Notes: generated by a model from the letters alone, not told the origin. 36,657 bases of DNA from Candidatus Nomurabacteria bacterium RIFCSPHIGHO2_02_FULL_38_15 (GCA_001785575.1 MFUC01000009.1:1-36657); one strand, 5' to 3'. Positions 18,960-28,872 are shown, counted from the first letter of the stretch. A program made the numbers and translations.

Positions 18960-19000
18960 TTCGGCACCTCCCCCTTACTAAGGGGGAGGTTGGGTAGGGG
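18960..19000. repeat. GC-rich hairpin repeat, family B (copy 2)
   Basis: ttcggcAcctcccccttACtaagggggaggttgggtagggg, between convergent secF and UDG genes. Confidence 0.8.
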
Positions 19001-19010
19001 TATTTTGTGG

Positions 19011-19604
19011 CTAATCTTTTATCTTTTCTAAAGCCAAAGGGATTTTTTGAAAGTCTTCAAGGAGTGTTTCGCGCAAGGCGCCATTGTACATAGCGGCGGC
19101 GGGGTGGTACAGGGCGAAAAAGTATTTAGTAGGGAAGTTAGGAATTTCTTTGATTAATAACTTACCATGCACTTCGCCAATTTTAGCTTCAGGGAAGAAG
19201 TTTGACATGGCGTGGCGCCCCAAGAAAATAATTAATTTAGGCTGTATAAAATTAAGCTCAGCCAATAGCCATTCCCGACAGGCGATTTTTTCATAATCAT
19301 CAGGGTCGCGATTCTCGGGTGGGCGGTATTTTACTGTATTAGTTACGTATACATCATCACGCGTCAGTTTTATACTTTCAAGCATGGTGTTTAAAAACTG
19401 TCCGGCTCGGCCAATAAATGGTATACCTTGCAAGTCCTCGTCTTTGCCGGGGGCCTCGCCAATAAAGACAATCTCAGCCTTTGGATTACCATGGCCAAAA
19501 ACTGGCTGGGTGGCTGTAGCCTTTAATTCACACCGGCAAGCCTCATGCTGGGCCTTTTGAAGCTCTAAAAGCTGTGCTTTATGATTCTTTAGCTCCTCGT
19601 TCAT
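19011..19604 (-). CDS. Uracil-DNA glycosylase, family 4
   Basis: GEAPGKDEDLQGIPFIGRAGQFL motif, N-terminal Cys residues (ACRCEL), HPAA near the C-terminus. Confidence 0.88.
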   Translation of the reverse strand: MNEELKNHKAQLLELQKAQHEACRCELKATATQPVFGHGNPKAEIVFIGEAPGKDEDLQGIPFIGRAGQFLNTMLESIKLTRDDVYVTNTVKYRPPENRDPDDYEKIACREWLLAELNFIQPKLIIFLGRHAMSNFFPEAKIGEVHGKLLIKEIPNFPTKYFFALYHPAAAMYNGALRETLLEDFQKIPLALEKIKD

Positions 19605-19641
19605 AGCCTAATTATATGCCCCAAATCAGGCTGTTTTGCTA

Positions 19642-19670
19642 TTGACTTTTATATCTAATAGTGCTATACT
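19642..19670 (+). promoter_or_regulatory. Sigma-70-like promoter (TTGACT-17-TGcTATACT)
   Basis: ttgact 19642-19647, tatact 19665-19670 preceded by tgc, 10 nt upstream of the ATG at 19681. Confidence 0.6.
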
Positions 19671-19680
19671 ACAAAAAGAT

Positions 19681-19890
19681 ATGAAACAAGTTCTAACTAT
19701 TATCATGCTTTTTGTAGCAACTAGCATGGTCGCTCAGAACAATACTCCTGAGCCAGTAAGTGTTTATTACCCGAAACAGCAAGCGTTGAGACCAATTGTA
19801 AACGTGAGTACACCTCAACCGTCTGTTTATTTTGTACAACATGAAAATGAGGCTTTACCGCAACCGATTTTCAACAATGCCAATCCATAA
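19681..19890 (+). CDS. Small exported Pro/Gln-rich protein (ATG at 19681); N-terminal part of a frame split by TAA
   Basis: MKQVLTIIMLFVATSMVAQ signal peptide. Ends at TAA 19888-19890, and the same frame continues open. Confidence 0.5.
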   Translation: MKQVLTIIMLFVATSMVAQNNTPEPVSVYYPKQQALRPIVNVSTPQPSVYFVQHENEALPQPIFNNANP

Positions 19891-20109
19891 TTGCCACCTG
19901 TGCAATCATTTCCAATTCCGGCCTATGAGAATAATGGCCTAACCTGGATTTCGTTGATTACATTTGCTCTGGTTACCGGTATTATCGGATGGCTATGGGG
20001 TTTCTTTTTTGGCAGGCGAAGTATTGGTAATAACTTTTTTGAAAACACCTCGTCATTACATTCTACCTCAAAGGTTATCCGGGATACAGCGAATGATGAT
20101 AAAAAATAA
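19891..20109 (+). CDS. In-frame continuation ORF with one TM helix (possible second half of a disrupted or read-through gene)
   Basis: Same frame as 19681..19890. Only TTG/GTG starts are available. TM helix LTWISLITFALVTGIIGWLWGFFF. Confidence 0.35.
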   Translation: MPPVQSFPIPAYENNGLTWISLITFALVTGIIGWLWGFFFGRRSIGNNFFENTSSLHSTSKVIRDTANDDKK

Positions 20110-20127
20110 GCTGGTCGCTTAACGACT

Positions 20128-20154
20128 ACCGCTCCAATTAGGGGCGGTTTTTTA
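20128..20154 (+). terminator. Rho-independent terminator
   Basis: accgctcc-aatta-ggggcggt followed by tttttt. Confidence 0.7.
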
Positions 20155-20160
20155 TATTTA

Positions 20161-20204
20161 GCCATAAGTCCGACTTATGGCTACTTGGGAGCTTAGCTCC
20201 CAAG
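20161..20204. repeat. Tandem hairpin repeats, family E (20161-20181) plus family D (20184-20204)
   Basis: gccataagtc-c-gacttatggc, then cttgggag-ctta-gctcccaag, between convergent genes. Copies at 5284-5304 and 4385-4405. Confidence 0.8.
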
Positions 20205-20209
20205 AGGTA

Positions 20210-21787
20210 TTATTTTATAGAATAAATATAACCGTCACGGGCGCCGAAGAATATTTGGCCGTTCCAGACGGCGGGTGTAGATTCAATACATGAGCCTGAA
20301 TCTATTTTGTGCTCCCAAACTTTTTCAAAAATGTCATTACTAATATTAAAATTTAAAATTTTACCCTCGCAGGTGCCAATAATTAAATTACTGTCTAAAT
20401 TATTGTCAATTAATGCAGGCGATGACCAAGCATTTGTACCAATATAAATTGAATTTAAAATTTTGCCGGTATTTGTATCTATCATTAATAAATCACCCGG
20501 GTTAGTAGGTACATACAATCTATTATTTTTTATGGCCGGGGTTGCCCAAATGCCACCGGTCATACCACGCTTTTTTGGTACTGAGATTCCCCAAACTATA
20601 ATGTCTGAATCAGTTGGTGCCTCGCCTTTTGAAATTTTCTCTAAATACTTTTTTGGGTCTAGTTTTAAAATCTGGCCGATTTTTTGACGTTCATTGTTAC
20701 GTTCGTATTCGCTGGCTGAATATACAAATCCATTTTTATCAGCTACTAATGTTGCGTCAGTATCATCACCAGTCCAAAAATCAAAAGTTATTGGTACAAC
20801 ACTAGAGTCTATATTTTTCTCTATAATTTTTGTGTCAAAACCCATAATTCGCCCGCCTGAATTTGCAATATATATTATGTTGTCAACTAATAGGGGCGAA
20901 CTTTCAATACTTAAATCATCATCGCCTAATTTATCAATGTAGCCATCGGCATAAGTTGGATATTTAAAAATCTCTGTTGGATTAACCGTAACTTTACCCA
21001 AATCATCATAACTTCTATTTAGTTTAATAGCATGAAACCAGCCATTTTCGCTGCCGGTGTATAAAATATCATTTAATATCAAGCCATTTGGGTCCCAGTC
21101 GTCGTTCCATACGCCATCAGATTTTTTAGCCTCGATACGCCACAATTCAGTTGGGACTTCGCGGTCAAGGGCGATAATACGATAAAAATTATCGCGTGAA
21201 CCAGAGTATAAAAGAGGGTAGCCATCAGGATCCATAGTTACTGTGCCCTTAATAATGTCGCCCGTATAAAAAGGCACCCTAGATTGTTCACCCGTTTGAG
21301 CATTAATAAAGTGTATGCCACGGTCATAAGTATTAGTAATTATTTCAGTTATACCATCTGATCTTTCCCACACAATTGGCTGGCCAGTCCAACCACTACC
21401 GCACCAAATTTTGTTGGCATTACCCACGTATGATTTTGCACATAAAGGTTTGTTGTTTAGGCTTGTTTCGTTTGGGTAGCGCCACAGCATTTCGGGCATG
21501 TTTGTATTAATTGGCCCAGTGCCATAAAAATCCCTGCTAGATGTGCCTCGAAACATCAATAAGCCCTTATTTTTAATTTGGCCTGCGTTTAAATTTTGCT
21601 GTAAATTACTTTCTGCTTCTATTTGAGCACTAAGAGCTTGATTGTTAATTTCAGCTACAGCCCTTTGCGAAGTTAAAAAGTTTTGCCAAAAAATATAATT
21701 TGCCAAAACTAAAAAGCTAATTAAAAAAAATTTAAGTTTTTTGTTGTGGTTATGACTATGTATTTTATTGTGCAATGACATAGTCAA
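20210..21787 (-). CDS. PQQ-like (BamB/YxaL-type) beta-propeller repeat protein with N-terminal membrane anchor
   Basis: N-terminal TM helix (FFLISFLVLANYIFW). Repeated strands such as GIHFINAQTGE, GWFHAIKLN, GRIMGFDTK, GDLLMIDTNTGK, GYIYSIK. Confidence 0.6.
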   Translation of the reverse strand: MTMSLHNKIHSHNHNKKLKFFLISFLVLANYIFWQNFLTSQRAVAEINNQALSAQIEAESNLQQNLNAGQIKNKGLLMFRGTSSRDFYGTGPINTNMPEMLWRYPNETSLNNKPLCAKSYVGNANKIWCGSGWTGQPIVWERSDGITEIITNTYDRGIHFINAQTGEQSRVPFYTGDIIKGTVTMDPDGYPLLYSGSRDNFYRIIALDREVPTELWRIEAKKSDGVWNDDWDPNGLILNDILYTGSENGWFHAIKLNRSYDDLGKVTVNPTEIFKYPTYADGYIDKLGDDDLSIESSPLLVDNIIYIANSGGRIMGFDTKIIEKNIDSSVVPITFDFWTGDDTDATLVADKNGFVYSASEYERNNERQKIGQILKLDPKKYLEKISKGEAPTDSDIIVWGISVPKKRGMTGGIWATPAIKNNRLYVPTNPGDLLMIDTNTGKILNSIYIGTNAWSSPALIDNNLDSNLIIGTCEGKILNFNISNDIFEKVWEHKIDSGSCIESTPAVWNGQIFFGARDGYIYSIK

Positions 21788-23720
21788 TAATTTTTTTAGT
21801 TAAGTCAGCATTAGTAACTTTGATTTTTAATTTTGTACCCAGAATAAAAACTTTTTTTGTGTTACGGCCAACGATTTGATTTTGTTTCTCATCAAAGCTG
21901 TAAAAGTCATTACCTAAATCTTTTAGCCTAATCATTCCCTCACATTTGGTGGCTTTGTCCTCAACGAAAATACCATTTCGACTAATACCGGTTACAACAC
22001 CATCAAAAGTCTCGCCAATATGGTAGGTCATATATTCAACTTGCTTGTATTTAATACTTGCCCGCTCAGCGTCAGATGCTTCTTTCTCGCGTTGTGAAGC
22101 ATAATCGCAAGTCTTGGCGTAACTGGCCCATTCGGCCTCGGGTACATCTTCATTATTTAAATAAGCTTGGGTAAAGCGATGCACCATAACATCAGGGTAT
22201 CGACGAATGGGTGATGTAAAATGCGTATAGTATTTAAATGCCAAACCGTAGTGTCCAATATTTTTAGTTGAATAAATTGCTTTGGCCATTGAACGAATTA
22301 CGGCTGTGTGTATCGTTTCCTTGAACTCGCTGTCCTCAAGCTTTTTCATCAAATTATTTAAATCACGCGATGGAATAATTCCATCTTTTAACTTCATGGG
22401 GTAACCCAACGTTTTTAAAAAGTGGGCAAGCTCGGTCATTTTATCAGGGTCAGGTAAATCATGTACACGATAGACGAAGACATTGGCCTTTTTCTCGGCC
22501 TTTTTGGCTACATATTCGGCCACCTTGCGGTTCGCCAGTAGCATAAATTCCTCAATCAATTTATTTGTATCACCACGTTCTTTGATATACACGCCAATTG
22601 GCACGCCATCAGGGTCCAATTTAAATTTAACCTCTTCTTGATCTAAGGCTATGGCGCCATCGCGCATTCGGCCCGCAGTTAGTTTTTTAGCAATGTTATT
22701 TAATATGGTTAGCTCTGCGAAAAAATCGCCACTTTGATTTGTAATATTTTCTTGCGCATTTTCATAAGTAAAACGTTTATCTGAATGAATAATCGTTTTG
22801 CCAAACCACTGACTGTGTACCTCGCCTTCCGAATCTATTTCAAAAATAGCCGACATGGTTAGTTTGTCTTCGTTTGGATTCAGTGAACATAAATCATTTG
22901 ATAGCACCTCTGGCAACATAGGTATTGTACGGTCAACTAGGTAAACAGAGGTTTGGCGTTTATAGGCTTCATGATCGATAAAGCTTCCAGGCGTAACATA
23001 ATGTGACACATCAGCAATATGAATACCGACTTCATAACTGCCACTGTCTAATTTTTTAAATGACAAGGCATCATCAAAGTCCTTGGCATCATCGGGGTCT
23101 ATGGTAAAAGTCAGTACATTGCGAATATCACGCCTATTGCGTAAATTATTTTCTAGCGAATCATTAGTGAGTGAGTGTTTTTTTATTTCCTCGGCTTCAT
23201 TCATTACATCAGCTGGATAATTTGAATCAAAGCCCTTCTCCATTGAAATGCCTAGCATCTCGGCATTATTTTCAAATGGTTTGCCCAGTATGTGGGTGAT
23301 GATACCTTTGGGGCACACCATTTGATTAGCCCAACTAGCAATTGTGACGAAAATTTTGTCGCCTTCTTTGGCGTCAATCTCGTTATCAATAATTTCGATG
23401 CAGACTTGCATTTTAGGATCTGATGGTTCCAAAATCATTTGGCCTTTAGCATCTAATTTTAGTGTGCCGGCATAACCAAATTTAGCTCGGCGCACGATTT
23501 CAATAATTTCGCCGGTTGGATTATTGTATTGATTAATACCAGTAACTTTAACTATGACTTTGTCACCATGTAGGCCGGTGCCTAAATTTTCAGTTTGGAC
23601 TTCAACGCTTTCGTCCAAATCTTTGGTACGAACGTAGCCAATATTTTTAGGTGACATGAAAAGCGTGCCCTCATACAGTTTTGCCCCCATAGCACTATTT
23701 GTGTTGTTTTCTATTTGCAT
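21765..23720 (-). CDS. rnr: Ribonuclease R / RNase II-family 3'-5' exoribonuclease
   Basis: RNB-domain motifs (FTIDPDDAKDFDDALS, VYLVDRTIPMLPE, FTSPIRRYPD) and C-terminal S1 domain (GETFDGVVTGISRNGIFVE). Confidence 0.92.
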   Translation of the reverse strand: MQIENNTNSAMGAKLYEGTLFMSPKNIGYVRTKDLDESVEVQTENLGTGLHGDKVIVKVTGINQYNNPTGEIIEIVRRAKFGYAGTLKLDAKGQMILEPSDPKMQVCIEIIDNEIDAKEGDKIFVTIASWANQMVCPKGIITHILGKPFENNAEMLGISMEKGFDSNYPADVMNEAEEIKKHSLTNDSLENNLRNRRDIRNVLTFTIDPDDAKDFDDALSFKKLDSGSYEVGIHIADVSHYVTPGSFIDHEAYKRQTSVYLVDRTIPMLPEVLSNDLCSLNPNEDKLTMSAIFEIDSEGEVHSQWFGKTIIHSDKRFTYENAQENITNQSGDFFAELTILNNIAKKLTAGRMRDGAIALDQEEVKFKLDPDGVPIGVYIKERGDTNKLIEEFMLLANRKVAEYVAKKAEKKANVFVYRVHDLPDPDKMTELAHFLKTLGYPMKLKDGIIPSRDLNNLMKKLEDSEFKETIHTAVIRSMAKAIYSTKNIGHYGLAFKYYTHFTSPIRRYPDVMVHRFTQAYLNNEDVPEAEWASYAKTCDYASQREKEASDAERASIKYKQVEYMTYHIGETFDGVVTGISRNGIFVEDKATKCEGMIRLKDLGNDFYSFDEKQNQIVGRNTKKVFILGTKLKIKVTNADLTKKIIDYVIAQ

Positions 23721-23799
23721 TGTGTTTAATATAGCATAAAAACCTGATTTGGCTATACGCCATTGACTTATTTAGAGCTTTTTGTTAATATGCTTATCT

Positions 23800-24099
23800 A
23801 TGTTAATGATTCGATTACAACGCACAGGCCGCAAAAACGATCCCAGTTATCGCTTTGTGGTCACTGATAAAAAGAACTCTGCCTCAGGTGGTAAGTTTTT
23901 AGAAATTCTAGGGGCCCATACACCTAAAACTGACGAAATTATTTTAAAGGCCGAACGTATTAAATATTGGCTTTCAGTTGGCGCACAAGCATCTGATACA
24001 GTACACAATCATTTGGTCAAAAATGGAATCATAGAAGGCAAAAAGAAAAACGTTTTACCTAAAAAATCTCCAACGACCAAGAAGAAGCAAAAGAAATAA
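23800..24099 (+). CDS. rpsP: 30S ribosomal protein S16 (ATG at 23800 preferred over the TTG at 23782)
   Basis: MLMIRLQRTGRKNDPSYRFVVTD.. aligns with the canonical MVKIRLxRxG..P.YRIVV start. Lys-rich C-terminal tail. Confidence 0.9.
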   Translation: MLMIRLQRTGRKNDPSYRFVVTDKKNSASGGKFLEILGAHTPKTDEIILKAERIKYWLSVGAQASDTVHNHLVKNGIIEGKKKNVLPKKSPTTKKKQKK

Positions 24100-24195
24100 A
24101 AACTAAAATAAAAAAGATAAATTAGCCTTAATAAATTTTTTTTGCTATAATAAAAAACAGCAGACATACTGCTTTTAACAGATATATTTGAAAAT

Positions 24196-24522
24196 ATGCA
24201 AGATAACGACAAAGCTTTCCTTGAATTTATTGTTGGCTCATTAGTTGATCACAAGGATGATATTAAAATTGACCGTGTGGTTGACGAAATGGGTGTCCTT
24301 TTAACCCTGACTGTTAATCGCGATGACATGGGCAAAGTCATTGGTCGCCAAGGCAATACTGCCAAGGCTATGCGCACACTCCTTCGTGTTATTGGCATGA
24401 AGAACAACGCTCGAGTGAATCTAAAAATTAACGAGCCCGCTGGTGGTGAACCTTTCTCGGGCGCATCAGCTTCAGTTGATGACGCAATCGCAGGTTTAAA
24501 AAATGATATGGAGGTAATATAA
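24196..24522 (+). CDS. khpA: KH-domain RNA-binding protein (KhpA/YlqC family)
   Basis: LLTLTVNRDDMGKVIGRQGNTAKAMRTLLRVIG (GxxG KH motif). Conserved position after rpsP. Confidence 0.85.
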   Translation: MQDNDKAFLEFIVGSLVDHKDDIKIDRVVDEMGVLLTLTVNRDDMGKVIGRQGNTAKAMRTLLRVIGMKNNARVNLKINEPAGGEPFSGASASVDDAIAGLKNDMEVI

Positions 24523-24534
24523 AAATATAAAAAA

Positions 24535-24566
24535 ATCCCAGTGCCCAAGGTGCTGGGATTTTTTTA
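24535..24566 (+). terminator. Rho-independent terminator after khpA
   Basis: atcccagtgcc-caa-ggtgctgggat (two G-U pairs on the + strand RNA) followed by a T-run. Confidence 0.75.
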
Positions 24567-24577
24567 TAAGCTAGCGC

Positions 24578-24625
24578 ACCTCACCCCCTGCCCCCTCTCC
24601 AGGCAAGCTAGAGAGGGGAACCGAA
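24578..24625. repeat. Family A element, truncated copy (5' outer arm + first inner hairpin only)
   Basis: acctcaccccctgccccctctcc-aggcaagcta-gagaggggaaccg. No matching 3' outer arm. Confidence 0.7.
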
Positions 24626-24637
24626 TTTTATGAACAT

Positions 24638-24656
24638 ACGGAGGCCTTGCCTCCGT
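24638..24656 (+). repeat. REP-like hairpin, family C (forward orientation)
   Basis: acggaggc-ctt-gcctccgt, 25 nt upstream of the Y1 transposase ATG. Confidence 0.8.
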
Positions 24657-24680
24657 CTATTTTTTTGATAAAATTAATAT

Positions 24681-25340
24681 ATGTCTATAAGAAAAGTCAC
24701 ATTTGCTTTTGATGAATATTACCATGTGTATAATCGTGGGAATAGTAAACAAAAAATATTTCATGATAAACAAGATTATGAACATTTTGTTTTGTTATTA
24801 TTGATTTTAAATAATGATAAAAATTTAGAGTTAAGAAATTTAAGTAAAGATTTTTTAGTAGATTTGAATAATGTTAATAGTTTAGTATCTATTGGCGCCT
24901 ATGTACTAATGCCTAATCATTTCCACATACTTCTTACTGAAAAGATCGACGGAGGCATTAGTAAGTTTATGCAAAAAGTTAGTACTGCTTATGTTATGTA
25001 TTACAATAAAAAATATACTAGAACAGGGTCACTTTTTGAAGGGAAGTTTAAATCACAACATTTGGATACTGATAATTATTTAAAATATATATTTTCATAT
25101 ATCCATCTTAACCCTATAAAGCTAATTGATAAAAACTGGAAAGAGGAGGGTATAAAAAACAAATCAACCACCTTGATATATCTGGAAGGATACCAGTATT
25201 CAAGTTATATGGATTACTTAGGTATAGAAAGGTTGCAAAATAAAATCTTAAATAAATTTGATTTTCCAGACTATTTTCCGTCAACCAAGCTTTTTTCAAA
25301 AGAGGTGTTTACGTGGTTAAGTTTTAAAGACAGCTATTAG
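24681..25340 (+). CDS. IS200/IS605-superfamily Y1 (HUH) transposase of the REP-associated (RAYT) type
   Basis: YHVYNRGN, HUH motif in LMPNHFHILL, GSLFEGKFKS, and catalytic-Tyr motif FSYIHLNPIK. No accompanying tnpB. Confidence 0.8.
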   Translation: MSIRKVTFAFDEYYHVYNRGNSKQKIFHDKQDYEHFVLLLLILNNDKNLELRNLSKDFLVDLNNVNSLVSIGAYVLMPNHFHILLTEKIDGGISKFMQKVSTAYVMYYNKKYTRTGSLFEGKFKSQHLDTDNYLKYIFSYIHLNPIKLIDKNWKEEGIKNKSTTLIYLEGYQYSSYMDYLGIERLQNKILNKFDFPDYFPSTKLFSKEVFTWLSFKDSY

Positions 25341-25353
25341 TATGTTTTTAGCA

Positions 25354-25376
25354 CTACGGAGGCAAGACCTCCGTAG
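25354..25376 (-). repeat. REP-like hairpin, family C (inverted orientation)
   Basis: ctacggaggcaagacctccgtag is the reverse complement of ctacggaggtcttgcctccgtag. Lies 14 nt after the transposase stop. Confidence 0.8.
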
Positions 25377-25432
25377 TTACATTTATAATATAATTTTTTA
25401 GTTTACCCTATAGAGATGATATAATTATGATT

Positions 25433-25963
25433 ATGAAGTTATATAGATTTAGTCCAATTAAAAACAATCAAGAATTACTAGACGCAATAAAGCACACGCA
25501 CTATATGTGTTTTACATTGTGTAAAGAGACTTTTGGTAAGTATCTGTCAGTTGCTGGTAATGTTGGTATATTTTGTCATTATGAAGATGAATATAAAACA
25601 CTTACACAAATACGTAAAGAATTAACGGAGCCCTCTAGCAACCCTAATCAAAAATATTTTTGTCTGCATGAGCCAATTATTATTTCCGCTAAAGATGACA
25701 TTCCTGAAACAATATATACACATCTTTATATTCGAAAACCTGATCAATATAGAGGACAAGTAGGGGATGTGGATTTTTTTATAAGTGATAACGAATACAT
25801 AGAACTTAAAAAATCACTAGAAGGTAGCGCAAAAATAAATGGAGCTAGAGTTTTTGACAGGCCCGATTTAGACATGATTGAATTATCTAATCCTGGCATA
25901 GACGCTTTGGCATATATTAGTACAAAATTAATGACCGAAAAGGTTAGGGTTAAAATAGTTTAA
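25433..25963 (+). CDS. Hypothetical protein (176 aa from ATG 25433; alternative ATG at 25427)
   Basis: ORF bracketed by family C hairpins. TGATATAAT box ends 7 nt before the ATG at 25433. No recognisable domain. Confidence 0.5.
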   Translation: MKLYRFSPIKNNQELLDAIKHTHYMCFTLCKETFGKYLSVAGNVGIFCHYEDEYKTLTQIRKELTEPSSNPNQKYFCLHEPIIISAKDDIPETIYTHLYIRKPDQYRGQVGDVDFFISDNEYIELKKSLEGSAKINGARVFDRPDLDMIELSNPGIDALAYISTKLMTEKVRVKIV

Positions 25964-25976
25964 TCGTGTATTTAAG

Positions 25977-25997
25977 TACGGAGGTCTTGCCTCCGTA
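25977..25997 (+). repeat. REP-like hairpin, family C (forward orientation)
   Basis: tacggaggtcttgcctccgta, identical to 14060-14080. Confidence 0.8.
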
Positions 25998-26056
25998 ATC
26001 TAGTAGAGGTAAGTATAAAAAGTGATGTAAGTATTATTTTATGCTATATTCCATTT

Positions 26057-26764
26057 ATGAACTTCCACGTAATTACACTATTCCCTGAAATGTTTGATTC
26101 GTATTTAGGCGAGTCGATTTTAGCGCGGGCGATTAAGGAAAAGAAGTTAAAAGTGAGTTTTATAAACCCGCGCAAATTTGTCACTGGTAAATATAAAAAA
26201 GTTTGGCCCGATGGCAACGTATCACAACAAATTGACGAACGGCCATATGGTGGCGGCCCGGGCATGGTTATGATGGCCGAGCCTGTAATTAGGGCAGTTG
26301 AAAGCGTTTTAAAAAAACTTGACCAAAAAAATAAAAAGCTAAAAGCTAAAAGCCAAAAGCTAAAACCTCTCATTATAAACTTTGTACCAAGTGCTAAAAA
26401 ATTTGATACAGCTTATGCAAAAAATTCAGTTAAAAAGTATACCGACATAATTTTAATTTGCGGGCGCTATGAAGGTATCGATACGCGCATAAATAAAATA
26501 TTAAAATGCGAACAAGTTTCGGTAGGGGATTTCGTTTTAACTGGTGGCGAATTACCGGCTATGATTTTGATTGATTGTATTGCACGTCAAATACCAGGTG
26601 TCTTGGGTAACTTTGATTCACGTGAGGAAGCTCGCATTTCCAGTAGCGAAATTTACACCCGCCCTGAAATACTTATTCATAAAAACAAAAAATACAAAGT
26701 CCCCAAGGTTTTACTATTAGGTAATCATAAAGATATAGAAAACTGGAAACAGGGCAAAAAATAA
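26057..26764 (+). CDS. trmD: tRNA (guanine37-N1)-methyltransferase
   Basis: ITLFPEMF, YGGGPGMVMMAEP, ICGRYEGIDTRI, VSVGDFVLTGGELPAMILIDCIARQIPGVLGN. Confidence 0.93.
   Translation: MNFHVITLFPEMFDSYLGESILARAIKEKKLKVSFINPRKFVTGKYKKVWPDGNVSQQIDERPYGGGPGMVMMAEPVIRAVESVLKKLDQKNKKLKAKSQKLKPLIINFVPSAKKFDTAYAKNSVKKYTDIILICGRYEGIDTRINKILKCEQVSVGDFVLTGGELPAMILIDCIARQIPGVLGNFDSREEARISSSEIYTRPEILIHKNKKYKVPKVLLLGNHKDIENWKQGKK
26334..26368 (+). repeat. Heptanucleotide tandem repeat (aaaagcy x4-5) inside trmD
   Basis: aaaagct aaaagct aaaagcc aaaagct aaaacct, encoding the Lys-rich loop KKLKAKSQKLKP. Confidence 0.8.
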
Positions 26765-26849
26765 AATCACACAAAACCCTTTAAAAACAACCCTATTTTG
26801 TAGGTATTTTGTGGAGATGTTGTGTGATATGAAATCCACTGGAATTTGC

Positions 26850-26877
26850 TTGACAAAGGGCTTCAAATGACTATAAT
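26850..26877 (+). promoter_or_regulatory. Consensus sigma-70 promoter for the 16S gene (TTGACA-16-TATAAT)
   Basis: ttgaca 26850-26855 and tataat 26872-26877. Confidence 0.75.
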
Positions 26878-26928
26878 GGCTGTTATCGTCTCTAAATTAG
26901 AGGGAGGCACGGGTTATTTGATAAAATA

Positions 26929-26956
26929 ATAATAATCATCTATTTGATGCAAGATC
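26929..26956 (+). promoter_or_regulatory. 5' strand of the pre-16S processing stem
   Basis: ataataatcatctatttgatgcaagatc pairs with 28873-28899 (one G-U pair, one bulged A). Confidence 0.8.
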
Positions 26957-27055
26957 AGTTATTTTTTGAAACTTTTAGTAAAAAGTTTAAGAATAAAATG
27001 AGACAAGTATGTTTCCTTTTGTTCCGCTTGAGGCGATATATCGTAATATATATCT

Positions 27056-28689
<1,634 letters not shown>

Positions 28690-28872
28690 TGAGTCGTTCT
28701 CTACTATTTTTTAATAAATAGTAACAGAATTTATTGAGTCGATATTGTACATCTCGATCGAGTGTATAATTGTCTATGAATGTCATGACACTAAACATTT
28801 TGGAGCCGGGGGAAGACACCTGGTCCAGGCGGGACAAAAGCAAGCAAGTATGTTTCATTTTTAATACAAAAA

